Assembly (NCBI GenBank): GCA_043228905.1
Contig: JBHGNT010000021.1
Location: 12,958,001 to 13,022,000 of the forward strand
DNA length: 64,000 nucleotides
Reading direction: 5' to 3'
Source of the DNA: Azolla caroliniana
Taxonomy: Eukaryota; Plantae; Polypodiophyta
Of the stretch, positions 39,116 through 53,438 are shown piece by piece. The first letter of the stretch is position 1. Each line of letters opens with the position of its first letter. Position numbers and translations under genes: made by a program. Below the pieces are notes generated by a model, which was not told where the DNA came from, did no database searches, and saw nothing but the letters and a program-made list of their open reading frames with translations.

Positions 39116-39465
39116 GTCTCTCGGACTTCTACATTAAGTGAAATTGGGCATTTATTTGAAACGTCAAAAAAGTCTCTCTTTGTCTGTTTCTCCCTTCCTC
39201 GATTGTCTGTTCAACAGTATCTCTCTGTCTTCTGTCTTCTGTCTTCTTACATGCATGCATGTATGTATGTATGTATGTACATATATATGTATGTATTGTA
39301 TTGTATTGCATTGCATCTTCTGTCTTCTTACATGTATGTATGTATGTATGTATGTATGTATGTATGTATGTATGTATGTATGTATGTATGTATGTATGTA
39401 TGTATGTATGTATGTATGTATGTATGTATGTATGCATGTATGTATGCATTGCATTGCATTGCATT
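39068..39465. repeat. (CT)n and long (TATG)n microsatellites upstream of CAT
   Basis: Seen directly; these generate the spurious HTYI/MYVC ORFs. Confidence 0.95.
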
Positions 39466-41966
39466 GTATATTTGTCTCACTTGCTAACATGTACCCATCG
39501 GTTTCGTGTTCTTCCCTGTGACATCGCTCTCAAAGTGTCTCAATGACGAGTTCCGAAATTTGGTTTGTTACACATCATTTATGTGCATGTACTTTTGTGC
39601 CTGCATTGAATGTAAAAAAGCATGTGAACCCAAACCCCATGATGTTATGGCATTGGGATGAGCCCTATTCATGATTTAGTTGGTTGACCATAGAACATGG
39701 ATTCATTCATGAGAAGTTGATTGTGGAGCATAATAGATTTGTATGCGAGAACATGTCAAAGTAGGATCTTCGACATGATCCTAACAAACTGATGTGTGAA
39801 CAATTCGACCTATGATAGTATCTCTTGTTCCTTTCGTAACAAATCATGGCGTTTTCTCAAGCCGATTATGGAAGTATTCTCGTCAAATTTATGCAAATTA
39901 TTGCGCATAACAATAATTTCTATAACATTTTATGTATGATACTATCTACAACTCCTTACTATAAAAGTGCTTGTGCCTTACACCACAAAATCAAGCCTAT
40001 CATGAGAGCATTGTGGTCCAACATTATACGAATTATTGCTCATAGCAATAGGATGTTATAATTGAAATTATATCATTTAAATATATGAACATTTTACTTT
40101 GTGAATATGTGGTTTGTGATGTAAAGGTTATGAGTTTGGTTGTCATTTTATTAAAAAGGAGATTTAATGACATTCATATTCAACAAAAGCATATATATGC
40201 CTAACAACTAATTTCTTGTCCATTTGACAAGTACGTCTTATGTGGAATTTTATCACTCGGTTGATCTCGCTTTGCCTATGATCCATGTACTTCATTTGTT
40301 TACGCTTTGTGGATGGCATACCCCCTCCCCCCCCCCTAGTAAATGGCATGTGCAAATCCCAACCGAGAAATTGTTGAACATTTCATAATAGCTTAATCAC
40401 ATGCAAGTGTTGGAAGTTGATCAATATACAAGTGATTCTTGGTTAATCTCGAGGATTTGATTGAACATTAGATATGTCATTTGTAACATTTAATGTGATT
40501 AAATCAATTCTCTTGCAAAATGTAGAAAGATCAATGAAATTCTTGACAAAAATGGTACTCCAAATAGGACAAATGGGGTCAAGTTGTCATGGTGGACCCA
40601 AAATTAAGGCACCTCAATGATATAATGGGGCGTATATTATATTATTTCCAAGCCCTTTGTTATGATAACCACTTTTTGTTTTCATCTTTATGTGAGTTGA
40701 TCAAGTGCACGCAATGTATTACACTCTCTTGTTTCTACACGCATTTCTCGTGAATATTTAGTTGATACATTTTATGTGGATAGAGCTTGATGAAATCAAA
40801 AGCAATCACTCATTTGCAACACGCCTTCTATTCACATTGACTCTACAAAAGACTCCTTGGATTATGGAAAAATAAATTTCTAAAACCATTTTTTCAACTA
40901 GAGAAGGTTGAGGAATGCAAATGCAAATGCAATCAATTGATAGTTATACATTGTTAGAATATCCACAAATTTTCAAGACAATGTTGTCATTCTCAACATC
41001 AATTTATGGAAAACTAGTTGTAAAGTTACTTTTCTCAATAACCAAGTGCTTTCGCATCTTTTTGACAAGAAAGTATTAATTAATCGTCAATTAAGGACAT
41101 GTCGAGAATAACTATTCTAAGTGGACATATGTAAGGTAATGATTATATTGCATTATGTTGGATAGTAAAAAAACAAAACAAAACAAAGTAAGCAATATAT
41201 ATGAGATCCGTAATTCCATGCGGATATAGAAAAGCAATAATTTCATACCTCATCCTTCGTTCAAGCCTTCACATTGTGAAAAACAAAAACGAAGCCACCT
41301 ATTGGACATGATACTTTATAGACATTATATAAAGTAATGGGCGACATCACACGACTCTTGGTATAAATAGTTACAAGAAGGGGAATATGTTTCAACATGT
41401 GTGTACTCTATTGTGTTGATTTTGTCTCTTTGTCAATATTTTGTGTTTGTGCACATATCTATGTAGATGGACGTGTTTTCACTTGTACATGCACCTACAT
41501 ATGTGCCATATGTGTATGTTGTTTGCATAAAACATATTTGATAAATGTGCGTTCAATAATAGTTATATACATGTATTTCCCTATTGATTATTATGTGCAT
41601 CTTGAATATCTTGCTATTAATGTGTATGGCTTCCCATTAGACAATGTTGATGCTTTGACTACATAAACAAGTTTGGTCATGTTTAGGGAGTGTCATTGAT
41701 AATGTTTATAGCGATAACTTGTATTAGTCGCATGACTCCATGATATGAGGTTGAAAACTCATAAATTTTGTTAGTGTATGCGCTATATTTAACATCCATA
41801 TTTGTCATATTTTTTATTTTGTGATATAAGATACAATAAGTCGATGTTCTGGTGGTGTTGGAGCCCTCAAATATTGATGAAATCGAGTTGTTTGCATGTT
41901 GTTCTACATATCGAAGCTCACATTTTTTCACTTGTTATTGTTCACAAACCTACTACACTCCATGAT

Positions 41967-42130
41967 AGAACTCATCATGAATAAATCCAAGTCTTACGCA
42001 AAGATGAGTCCACATATCTATTTAGCCCCACAAAAGAACTCATCATGAATAAATCCATCTTACACAAAGATAAGTCCACATATCTATTTAGCGTCACAAA
42101 AGAACTCATCATGAATAAATACAAGTCTTA
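41967..42130. repeat. Tandem ~67-bp repeat, about 2.4 copies
   Basis: AGAACTCATCATGAATAAAT starts three times. Confidence 0.85.
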
Positions 42131-43131
42131 TGGAAATATTAGTTTTCTTATCTTTTGGTTCACTTATATATGCTCCATTCTCATAGTTACCTCAATGTTG
42201 TGTTGCCTTGTTCTTGACGTCACTTCCTGTACAATGGCAAGAGCATGGACCAAGATGGATTTGAAATAATATAACTATTTCTATTTGCATCGTATTTCAA
42301 TGCTTTTTGCATGACGAAAGCATTAACATTGAGCAATTTTCTTTTTAGACCCTACTCAAATTAAAGAAGAAAAATGGCAATGATCAAAAGAAATCTAGCA
42401 CATTATTAGAAAACTACAAGAGTAGATTTACTTTTTGTACCTTTACTAAAGATTTTTGTTTGTTGTGGGATATTTGATAGATATGCCGTACTTTTTACGC
42501 AAATGGCTATATTACTTCTTACCAGAGAAATCTTAGCATTTGCAAGCCAATGAAATGGACATACTACAAAGATAAACATAACGATTATCATTGGATTCTT
42601 GTTTAAAATTGATTAGATGAGCATAACTTATCTACATCAAGAGAATGGACATATTGTTAATGATTGGTTGTGGCACACTACAAAATTGGGAAGATGGTAA
42701 TAGGTTGCATTGTCCATGTTACTAGCTCACTAAGGCCATGTTGGCACCGTAGTTAGCTTAAGCAATTGTTCATGTGCTAAAAAGGTTGCATGAATACATC
42801 CACAATTGTATAATACTTAACATAAAATACATGCAGAATATGTAGGCCAAGTATTCTACCTTTTTATTAAAAATACTCTGAATATGTATTCTATAGATAA
42901 AATACATAAGATATGTTTAGAATACCTTAAATACTTCTTAATGTTTAAAGTTTTATTTTAAAAACCTTGTGGAAATGTTTAAATAGTTTTTAAATACGTA
43001 TAATATATGAGAGATATACATATATTCCAAAAAACAAAACTCCTTCCATTAGTTATAAAACTTTATAGCTGTGAATGTTATATATAAATCCCAGAAGGGA
43101 CTCGATAATTCCATCTTATGTGGAGGCCCAC

Positions 43132-43327
43132 TGTCTCAAGAAAGGGAGAGGAAAACCATTGTCGGATGAAGGCTAATCATTGTCTTTAAGCCCCCAATGT
43201 CTCAAGAAAGGGAGAGGAAAACCATTGTCGGATGAAGGCTAATCATTGTCTTTAAGCTCCCAATGTCTCAAGAAAGGGAGAGGAAAACCATTGTCGCATG
43301 AAGGCTAATCATTGCCTTTAAGCTCCA
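43132..43327. repeat. Tandem 66-bp repeat, 3 copies
   Basis: TGTCTCAAGAAAGGGAGAGGAAAACCATTGTCGGATGAAGGCTAATC... near-identical three times. Confidence 0.95.
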
Positions 43328-43719
43328 CTAGATCGGTCCATGATGCCATCGTATTGGCTCTTTAGCGTGGTTATAACTTCATTACATATCTCCTACAATA
43401 ACGATTCCTAGTGCACGGGTTTTTTGGAGAAAACCCGCTTGCATCGTTGTTTCTAGAGAGTCCATAGTGTTATTGGACAAACCAATTCTTGCACGACTTG
43501 ATCTTTGACATTGATGGGAGTTAAGTGATAATATATTTTAAAATGGAAGTTCTAAAATGTAGAAAGCGTTGTCATGGAGGATTCCGGCCACTAGGAGAAA
43601 GGTCCATCGAATGCGTGTGAACAAGGGTGTGCATGTATGCACATGAACTAGGTCTCATGTACAAACAAGTGTAAATAACGTAGTATTGATATGTAAAAGG
43701 AAAGATATCAAAGCGAGAA

Positions 43720-44870
43720 TGCAGAGGGCAACGATGATTACAGAACAGGCTACGGGAGGCGCGAACAGTGCAACAACCGCGACATGTAAGTATCAAATGA
43801 ACAAGAGGTCGGCTACAAAACAACCACAAACGCCATCTGCGGCTGGACTGTACATGCGAACAGGGGAGTCCAATGCACCCCCCCAATCATTGCCTCATTT
43901 GTGTGATGAGATAGTCGACCTCGTGTTATCAGAGGAGGATAAAGTCACGGTGATAGGTGAGGTACATAGGTTGGAGGCGCCTTGCTTGTGCAGGTGTAGG
44001 GTTCAAGACCTAATCGATTGGAACTCCGTCATATTCCATATGCTGCTTTTTCGAAGGAAGTGGATAACATTCTTAACATTCAATTTATGTCCAGAGGATG
44101 TTACCATGTGGAATTGGCAGATGAGGAGTTTGTCAACAAGCTTTTAGCGATTAAGGAGGCGGGTGTGGAAGGTGCATGGATTTCCTTTCACAAATGGTCG
44201 CATAATGTTAAGGTGGATGAGATTTTACAGGATCAGGAAACTAGCATGGTTTTTTCGGCGATATTCCCTGGTTTGAGGAAGGAGTGGAGGAACGTTCTTC
44301 CTCGCATTGGGGCTTTACTAGGTAAAGTCATTGCTACACGCGATGGACAGGTTGTCGCGTCAGATAGAGGGGTTGGGGTTCCAACAGTTCAGTTGATCGC
44401 ACCAAGAAATGTTCGGTTGCCTACAACGATAAGTTTACCTAATTTACTTAATAATAAACCTCCGGTGCTACAAAAGGTGTATTATCAATGTTTTCCTGAT
44501 CAATGTTTTGTGTGCCATCAATTTGGTCATTTAGGTCGAGATTGTCAGAAGCGACATCCGAATGTAGAAGCCCATATGCCTAATCGAGTAGTGGTTAATA
44601 ATGATGGCTAGTCTATGGTCTCAGCAAAACATGTTTTAAAACTGACTAATACAGTGATTAATCTAGTCTTATTACTTGAAGCTAACCCTTTTCACTATTT
44701 GCAGGAAGTGGAAAAGGATGCTAGTAAATTTAAAATGGATATAGTGGACTTGCTCCATCAGTTTTTACAAAGGAACATCATGTGGCACATAAGTCCACGG
44801 ACATCCTTTCATAGGACTTCAGTGGAAAACAAACAGACGGTTGATGTGGAAAACAAAGAAAATTGTAAAG
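43720..44870 (+). mobile_element. LINE (L1-like) ORF1 remnant
   Basis: DUF4283-like IQFMSRGCYHVEL..WISFHKW, IGALLGKVI, and zinc knuckle CFVCHQFGHLGRDC. Frameshifted. Confidence 0.75.
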
Positions 44871-45090
44871 GATGAGTGACGATGGTGTCAGGGGAAGAAG
44901 CGGAATTTCATGAGGGAATTAAGAGAGTAGTGTCATTATGTTTTTGTTGGTATGTACAGGTACAAGATTTGCTATACTATGGCGAGATGGTTGGTGTGGA
45001 CGAAAAGGAAGCATGTTTTCTTTGTTTGATAAGGACGAGTGATGACGTTGTTGGGGGCTGAAGCTGACTTTCATGAGGGGATGAGGAAAG

Positions 45091-48000
45091 TGTTGGGAAA
45101 TTGGTCCCTCCAGATGGGATCCGGTTATGAATGAAGAGGACTTGGTGAGAACCGAAAGATATCCGGAAACCGGATCGGATGGACCCAGTGAGAACTGGAA
45201 GAGAAGACATATTTGTAAATATGTTTTAAGTAAGCCTATTGAGGCTATATTTGTAAATAGCCCTAAGTTCATATAAGTATAAATATGACTTAGGGCAATC
45301 ACTTTAGTGAGTTGTTGTCATATTGTTGTATGTGCATAACTGCTGTATATATAGAGAGAGAGAGATACAAAGCGATACTCTGTTGTAACCGCCGCTTGGC
45401 GAAGAAACAGAGCTCAAGGTCGTTGCCTCTGAGTCTTTGATTGTACCCTTTTTTCTTCATAGTGATAGTTGGAGTCTGTGAGCTCCCGTGGTTTTTTCCC
45501 ATTCAGGGTTTTCCACGTAAACATCTTGTTTACTCTCTATTTCCCATTTCTGTGTTTTTCCTTCTCATTGAAGTGATTCAAGACTCGGTTGTGGCCGAGC
45601 AGTATTCCACGCTATTCCTCTCAATATGTATCAGAGCGAACAACCTAGGAAATGGAAGAATCGTTCGGTAGCATGTTCAAGCTCACCGGCTCCAACTACT
45701 CAGTGTGGAAGTTGAAGATGAGGGATATGCTGGTGGTTAAAGATCTTTGGTTGCCGGTTCAGTTTGGGGACAAGAGACATGATAAGATTGACGCCACAAT
45801 ATGGGAGGTGATGCACACGAAGACGACGTCATACATCCGGTGCTTCATCGACATGAGCATGTACAACAACTTCAATGAAGACAACAAGGCTCATGAACTC
45901 TGGGAGAAGATCGACATCATGTTCTAGAACAAGAATACCGTTAATCGGGTTTTGGTATTCCGGAAGCTAGTGAGGCTCTAGTACCAAGAAGGTTCCAGTA
46001 TGGCGGAGCACATGAATGCCTTCCAGGGGCTTATACACCAAGCCACCTCGTTGGAAGTACCTCTCGCCGATGAGATACTCGCATTGCTCCTGCTCGGTTC
46101 CATCCTGGATAGTTGGGAGACGTTAGTTGTCACGTTGGGCAACGCCCGACCGGAAGGAAAATAGTTGTCCCTAGCAAGAGTAAAGTCAAGCTTGCTAGAT
46201 GAAGAAGCTCGCCGGAAGGACCGGGAGTCCGGAACTGATCCGAAGGCCTTGGTCATGGAATATGACCACAACCGGGGAAGAGGCTGGTATCGGAGTCCCC
46301 AAAACCGGGACAAATTAGGGATGAGGTCAAAGTCAAGGGGGAGGCCCACGTGCTTCTATTGCGGGAAGTTGGGACACTTCCAGAAGAACTATCGGCATTT
46401 CTGGAAAGAGAAAGAAACCGGCACTATCTATTTGAAGAAGAGTTCGAACCGAAACGGTTCGGACCAGATTGGAAAGGAGCGTCGACGATCGCAACAAGTG
46501 AAGAGGAACTGATGCTCATTATTGAGGAGAATGAGTTAAACCTTGTCGGCGACGAGACAACATGGGTTGTCGATTCCGGAGCGTCGTTCCACCTGACACC
46601 GGATTGGAAATGCTTCTCATCCTACACAGCCGACAATCATGGTTGTGTCCGGATGGGGAATGAAGGTACATGCCAAATTGTCGGCATAGGAGATGTGCCG
46701 TTGACGACATCAACCAGGTGCAAGTTGTTGTTGAAGGATGTCCGACACGTTCCGGAGGTTCGACTGAACTTGATATCAGCCGATCGGCTAGATGATGAAG
46801 GTTACACGGGTAGCATCCGGAACAGAGTTATGAAGTTCGGCAAAGGGAGCCTAATAGTGGCTCGAGCTCGGAAGGTCAACACGCTATATCTAATGCATGA
46901 CCGGATATGCCGGGAAGAAGTGAATGTAGCATCCGACACTACTAGTGAGCTGTGGCACAAGAGGTTGTGTCACATGAGTCAGAAGGGGATGAAGAGACTT
47001 GCCGAAGACAATCTCATTCCGGTGAAGGACGTGCATCTTGAGAAGTGCACCGATTGCTTGGCCGGCAAGAAAAACCCAACCTCCTTCCGGTCAAGACCAT
47101 CGATGAGACGGAATGCACCACTAGAGCTGGTGCATATCGATGTGTGTCAAGTGGACATGAAGTCACATGCCGGATCACAGTACTTTGTGATGTTCATAGA
47201 TGACCATAGCCGGAAGCTATGGGTCTCACCGTTGAAGAAGAAGGATTAGGTGCTATCCTTCTTCAAGGAGCTCCACGCGAGAGTGGAAAGAGAAACCAGC
47301 CGGAAGCTGTAGGCGGTTCGGGCGGACAACAGAGGAGAATACCGGGGGCAGTTCAAGGAGTACTACTGGTCGAAGGGAATCTGGCTTGAGTTTACTGTGC
47401 CGAAGACGCCAGAATTGAACGAGCTGGCTGAATGGCTGAACCAGACCATAATGGAGAGAGTCCGGAGCATGCTTGCACATGCCAAGTTACCCAATACGTT
47501 TTGGGCTGAGGCATTGACGATGATGACCTATGTGATAAACAAATCACCCTCAGTACCCTTGGGAGGAGACTCACCTTGGAAAGTATGGACCAGTAAAGAT
47601 GTAACTTACCAGCATTTGAAGGTGTTCGGGTGTCTCGCATTCGTGCATGTGGCGAAGGACAAGAGAGAAAAGCTGGATCCGAAGTCCCGGCCATGCATAT
47701 TTCTTGGATACGGCGATGATGAGTTCGGTTACCGGGTGTGGGATCTGGTCGACAAGAAGGTGTTCCGGAGCCAGGACATAATCTTCATGGAAGACAGGAC
47801 CATTGCCGATTAGGAGTCGGAGAAGAAGATGATGAACTCTGGATCATCCAATGAAAACCGTCTTGAGGACACAAGGATATACCCAGTTGAAAACTGGACG
47901 CTAGCCAGTAACCGGATGACACTCGACGAACCGGCTGGATACGGACAAGAAACCGAGCCGACCGAAGAAGAAGAAGAAGAAGACACCGGAACTAGACAAG

Positions 48001-49492
48001 ATCCCGAATCAGATTCGGATTCGGAACAAATGGAGGAACCTGTTGGGAGACAGGTCCCTCCGGATGGGAAGGGAGAAGAACAGTGCTGATGAACAAACTC
48101 TGGGAGAGCCGAATGATGCAGACCCGGTGAGGAGTACCCGGCTACGGAGAGCCGGATGATGCAAACCTGGTGAGGACCGGATGAGGAGTACCCGACTACG
48201 GAGAGCCGGATGGTGCAGACCCGGTGAGGAGTGCTCACCGGATGAAGAGACATGTTAGTAAATATGTTTATGAGAGTCCATCATGGCTATATTTGTAAAT
48301 AGCCGAAAAGTCATATTAGTATAAATATGACTTAGGGCTAACTTTTAGTTAGTTGTTGTTATTCTTGTTGGTGCAAGGAGAGAGAGAGCGTGGAACTGTG
48401 TACAGAGAGAGAGAGAGAGAGAGAAAGAGGTCGTTGCCTCTGTTGTAACCGCCGCCTGTGGCGAGGATCGTGAGCACGAGGTCATTGCCTCTGTGAACTC
48501 ATTGTTGTACATTCTAGCATAGTGATAGTTTGCAGCCTGTGGGCTGCCGTGGTTTTTCCCTTAGTTTGGGTTTTCCACGTAAACATCCTGCGTACTCGTC
48601 TCTTCTCTTGTGTCGTGCATTCATTCCCGTTTTCTGTGTATGATTTTAAGTTCGGTTGTGGCCGAGCATTGCGCATAAGGAGCGTTGAGTTCCCGTCAGA
48701 ACCGATTGTCAAAAACCAGGGACGAAGATATCCTAATTGATGAGGGGGAGTCGGAAAGCTTCGAAGAAGCAAATAGAGACACCCACAACCGCAAGTGGTT
48801 GAGTGCCATGCAGGATGAGATGGATTCCTTGCATGAAACCCACCCGTATGAATTGACGGAGTTGCCGAAAGGAAAGAGGGAACTCCGGAACAAGTGGGTG
48901 TACAAGTTGAAACCGGGAGATGCTAGAAACCAGCCGAGATACAAAGCCTGAATTGTAGTGAAGGGTTTTCAATAGAAGAAGGGAGTGGACTTCGATGAGA
49001 TCTTTGCCCCGGTAGTAAAGATGACATCCATCCAGACGGTACTGAGCATAGTGGCAAGCATGCACCTCAACATTCCTACATGGCGACCTTGAAGAAGAGA
49101 TCTACATGCATCAATCAGAATGATTTGAGAAGAAGGGGAAGGAGCACCTGGTGTGCCGGCTGAAGAAGAGCTTATAGGGATTGAAGAAGAGCTCCCTGAC
49201 AATGGTACCGGAAGTTCGACTCCTTCATGACCGACCAAGGGTACCACAAGACGCTGGCTGATCACTGCATGTTTGTAAAGAAATTTGATGGAGGAGACTT
49301 CTTGATACTTCTCCTATATGCGGATAATATGCTGATCGTCGGACGTGACCAAGGCAAGATTCAGATGCTGAAGAAGGCTCTGAACCGAACCTTCTCAATG
49401 AAAGACTTGGGTCCGGCAAGACAAATATTGGGAATGCACATCATCTGGGACCGGTCGAAGAAGCTGTTGTGGGTGTCACAAGAGAAGTACAT
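45091..49492 (+). mobile_element. Copia element B (Tork/Tnt1-like), degenerate; 5' LTR 45091-45623, interrupted in RT by element C, remainder outside the window
   Basis: TGTTGGG...CA LTR, degenerate iMet PBS (TGTATCAGAGC), gag with CCHC remnant, protease WVVDSGAS, integrase LWHKRLCH, RT. Numerous nonsense changes. Confidence 0.95.
48041..48698 (+). mobile_element. Solo LTR of a related Copia family inserted in element B
   Basis: TGTTGGGA...CCCGTCA, perfect TSD GAACC, homologous to the LTRs of B and D. Confidence 0.93.
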
Positions 49493-50599
49493 TGTCGTGA
49501 AGATTCCGGGCCATGGTGAGAAACCGGGGAATATCGGAAGAATCAATAGGGTGGAGCATGTGCACTCACCCTTGTAAAAACGTGTGAACAATAGGGGTGC
49601 CTTTATGGCGTCGAGTAGGAGTTAATTTGGGGTAGAGAATCCCATGTAAGTCGGGATTTATCCCACATAGTCACGCAACCCTCACCTTGCTCTATAAAAG
49701 GGAGGGCGCACCCCTTGTAAAAGGGTTCCCCTTCGTGGGTTCCATTTTGGTGTTAATAAACTTATGTGTATAACGTTGATTCCTGTTTTCTCTTCATCTT
49801 GGGGGGTGTTGTCTCTATTCTCTGTTAGGGTTTCGGTGTCATCTAGGTGCGTGCGTTGGCGGTGTGGTCGGGTGTGGCAGGCAACGTGCAGACTGTCTGC
49901 ACCTTTCTTGAGTTCCTGCTTGTTGGTTCTCAGCACTCCATGGTTCGACATGTCTGTGTGTGTGTGGGTGTTGGCTTTGTTGCTTGTGATGAGCTCGCGC
50001 GCTAGGTGGTTCGTTGGTAGGTTTCCCCTCCTTGGTGCGCAAGACCCAACTTGAGTCGGCGAGCTCGTGCGCTCCCTGTAGGCGGCTTGGCGACAGGAGG
50101 TGGTCGTTCTAGAAGAGGCATGCCCTGCACGAGGGTCCCATCGCACGAACGAGCCTGGGAGCTCCCCGACCGGCCCTAGGATGCAGGCTCCCTCTTCCTC
50201 TCCGTGTGGAACTAGCGTCGCGTATGTATGTGTGTGTGTGTTTCTGGTTAGCGTAGGGTCTGAGAGCGGGTGCATGCGTGGTCGCCGGTGTAGAGGTGCC
50301 GGTGGTAACCGGGTGTGTATATGTGTGTGTGTGCATGGGCATGGTTAACCGGGCCATGTCCCGTGCCTCTTTTGGGTCCCTTGTACATACGGGCGAAAGG
50401 GGCGGCACGGACGAGGGCGCACTCTCTCACTTCCCGTGCGATTACTGGTCGCGTCCGGAGAGTATCTAGGATGGAACCGGCCGACAACGTGGCAAGCTCC
50501 GGAGGATTCGGGTTCCCGACAACTCCTCCCCTCCTGGTCCATGACCCCGGTGGTCCCTGCCTGGATCCGACATGCAAGCGCAGATTACTGCGACATCTT

Positions 50600-50616
50600 T
50601 GGTGAACCCGACGTGA
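50600..50616 (+). promoter_or_regulatory. Primer-binding site complementary to the tRNA-Trp 3' end
   Basis: TGGTGAACCCGACGTGA, 4 nt after the LTR end; complement of the recalled plant tRNA-Trp end ..TCACGTCGGGTTCACCA. Confidence 0.8.
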
Positions 50617-53438
50617 AGGGCAGCAAGGTAGGATGGAGTTCGAGGCCGAAGACTTTGAGAAGGAGAGTCGAGAAGAGGCGCATCGAGATGGGCAAGGTCG
50701 AAGAAGTCAACTGTTACAGCGGGGACCGAGTCCCATGAGTTTCGCCGAAGGCTCGACCGTCCAACATAAAGAGGAGGAGCTCCGAGCAGCTCACAAAGTG
50801 TGGTCACCTAGAAGTGAAACGAAGGTGGCGTGCGACGACACGACATCACAGTAGGAAGGGGGCTTGCGGACAAGACAAACGTGGTCGAGCCGGAGGCCAC
50901 GCGGGGCACGACGGTGCCGATACAGGAGAGGGTGTGGGACGAGCCGCCCTCTTTTACATGGGGAGAAAGACCGACCGGGCGAAGGTCGGGAATCAGGAAG
51001 AAGATGATCGAGAGTACAAAACGAGTCTGGTAGGATCGTCATCAGAGCTGAAACTCCAGACATTGGAGAATCAAGCCCAGGCGGGGCTTGATCGATCATA
51101 GAGCGGATGCTTTCCACCGACACCACTAAAAGGGTTAGTGGCCTGGGACAAGTCGTCAGGAGTCGTGACGAAATCGGTGTCCCCACATCTTGACCTGAGA
51201 CTTCGGTAGTTCGAGCCGAAGTGGCGACGTGAGACCGAGTGAGAAGGATGGTGGCAGCAGGAAACGGGAACCAGTGATGCGGGAAGTGTGGATGAGCGAT
51301 CCTACGACGATCCTCACACTGATCCAGAGACTCTGGTAGTCGGCCCAAGAGCCAGTGTGAGACCTAGAGAGAAGGTCGGTGGCAACAGGTGAACGGGATT
51401 AGAAAAAGCAAGGGCCGAAAGAGTGGAATGAGGTATCAGGCCGGCGACGCAACCACAAACCGGATACAGACCCGATTGGCAGAGTCAGCAAGACAAAGAT
51501 CGGACGCACTCGGTACACGAGTCAGTGACCCAACAAATCGGGGGCCCAAGAAGGATCCTTCACACCTGTCCGGAGACCCCAGCAGTTCGGCCGACGTGGC
51601 AACATGAGACTGAGGGTAATGGAAGGTGGCGGCAAGGGGACGAAGGCGGCAACAACAGAAGCACCAAATAACCGAGGCGTCACGCGAACGAAGGAGGCCA
51701 TGCGGGCCGGAACATGGCAAGGGTGATTTTCTTGTAAGCTGCCGAGGACACCCGGTCAAGGAGCGGTGCGCCAAGCCGGAAAGGGCCCACCTGAAAGTAG
51801 ATCGGAAGACTTGTGTGTGGCCATCGAGGGCCAAAGCAAAGCACGAGTACGGGACGACGTTCGTCATAGGCAGTGCCGAACAAGGAAGGCAGAAGACGGC
51901 ACACGGAGGTGCCGAGAACGAGAGCACATGCACGTTACAGACTACGCGGATTGGAGGCCGAAAACAAGATCGAGGGCCGGAGAAGGATCCTCCACACCCG
52001 ATTCGGAGATCTCAACGGCTTAGTCGGAGTGGCAACGACTGGCGTGGCAAGCCAAACCCGAGGTAACAAGCTAGTGGGGGCAAGGGGACGACGCCAAGCG
52101 GAAGGCTCTAAACTGGTGGCAACAACACAAGACAAGAGTGGCCAAGCGGGCTACTACGGGGTGTTCCGCGGACGCGGAGGACACCGGTACGCAGAGAGGC
52201 GGCGATGCACGATCTGGCTGGGCGAGGGCAGACGACACGTGCATGGGAAGTAACTGGATTTCGGCATGGGCGGAGCCGAACACGAGAAGGGGATGCGTGG
52301 CAAACAGAGGTGCCAGAGCGGGACTACAGGCGCGAAGATGGGTTGCCGGTCTAGGTGATCTCGCGTAGAAGGCCGGAGAGGGATCCTCCACACTGGTTCT
52401 GGAGACCTTGGCAGTTCGGTCGCCATGGCAACGTAAGACCAATCGTATCCAGTACGGTCCTGTCCAGTGCCAAAAGTTATGTGAAGCATTCCTCAAACTC
52501 CCAGAGGAGCATCGATGCATTCCTCCCCTTCCCGGGGGTCTCTACCCAATCCACAAAGTCCCGCTTCATTAACCGAAGCGCGTCATCAAGACCATACCGT
52601 TTGAGGAGCCGCGCTTCGAATTCTCCCTAGGACCGCCATCCAGCTTGCACCTTGAGCACCTCTACGTGGATGCCCAACCAGACGCCTTTCCTCCGGGATA
52701 TACCTCATCACCATTTCGGCTCGGTAGACCACCAAATCGAACCGGCCTATTGTGCTGACAATTGCTTCAATGGCCCTATCGAGGGCGCCCATGCCCTCAC
52801 AAGCACTTACTATCTGATCGACTGCTGCCGCCATGGCTTCGACAAGCTTTGATGCCCTCATCTTCGATTCCTCTGCCGCCTTGTTTCACATCGGGTTCAC
52901 CAAATAGTTTCTTCTTATTCTGCATGTGCAGGCGAAACCAAGGTGGGACTGCGGGGGCCCTGAACCGGGGAATAGTCGGATAGAAGGAGCACCACGAACC
53001 CACGGCCTAGTCACGCACACACAGATACACAAAGACCTCACAAACAGGGTTGAACAACGAGTGAGGTGAATGTATATATATATATAATCAAGATTACAGT
53101 CGGCTAGCCGGCAAGTGCCAACTCGCTGACACCAACTTACACAACACACACAACAACAAGAGATGGAGCCTCTACCGAAAGCACTCAGGCTTTCCATGAA
53201 GCAGAGGCAGCCTCCCAAACCCTGTAGAAAATGATGAAAGACAAAGCAGAAGAGCTCGGTTCCAGTCCGACAACACTTAGTCCTCGACAAAAGCGATCCC
53301 TCTCTTAGACTTCTCCCCTCCCTTTTATAGGCCCCCCGGGGACAAACCGTTATACCCTGGTTACATCATCTTTATTCCCTGTCACCTTGGACAAAGATAC
53401 GCTACGATTTCTTAAACAATAAATGCATACTACCTAGT

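Noticed and set aside
39129-39546. Several 90-130 aa ORFs (HTYI/MYVC repeats)
   Set aside because: Translations of a (TATG)n microsatellite.
43132-43327. Regular repeats resembling a CRISPR array
   Set aside because: Units are contiguous and near-identical with no unique spacers and no cas genes, in a eukaryotic context.
50600-50616. tRNA gene
   Set aside because: Only the 17-nt complement of a tRNA 3' end including CCA, so a PBS, with no cloverleaf.
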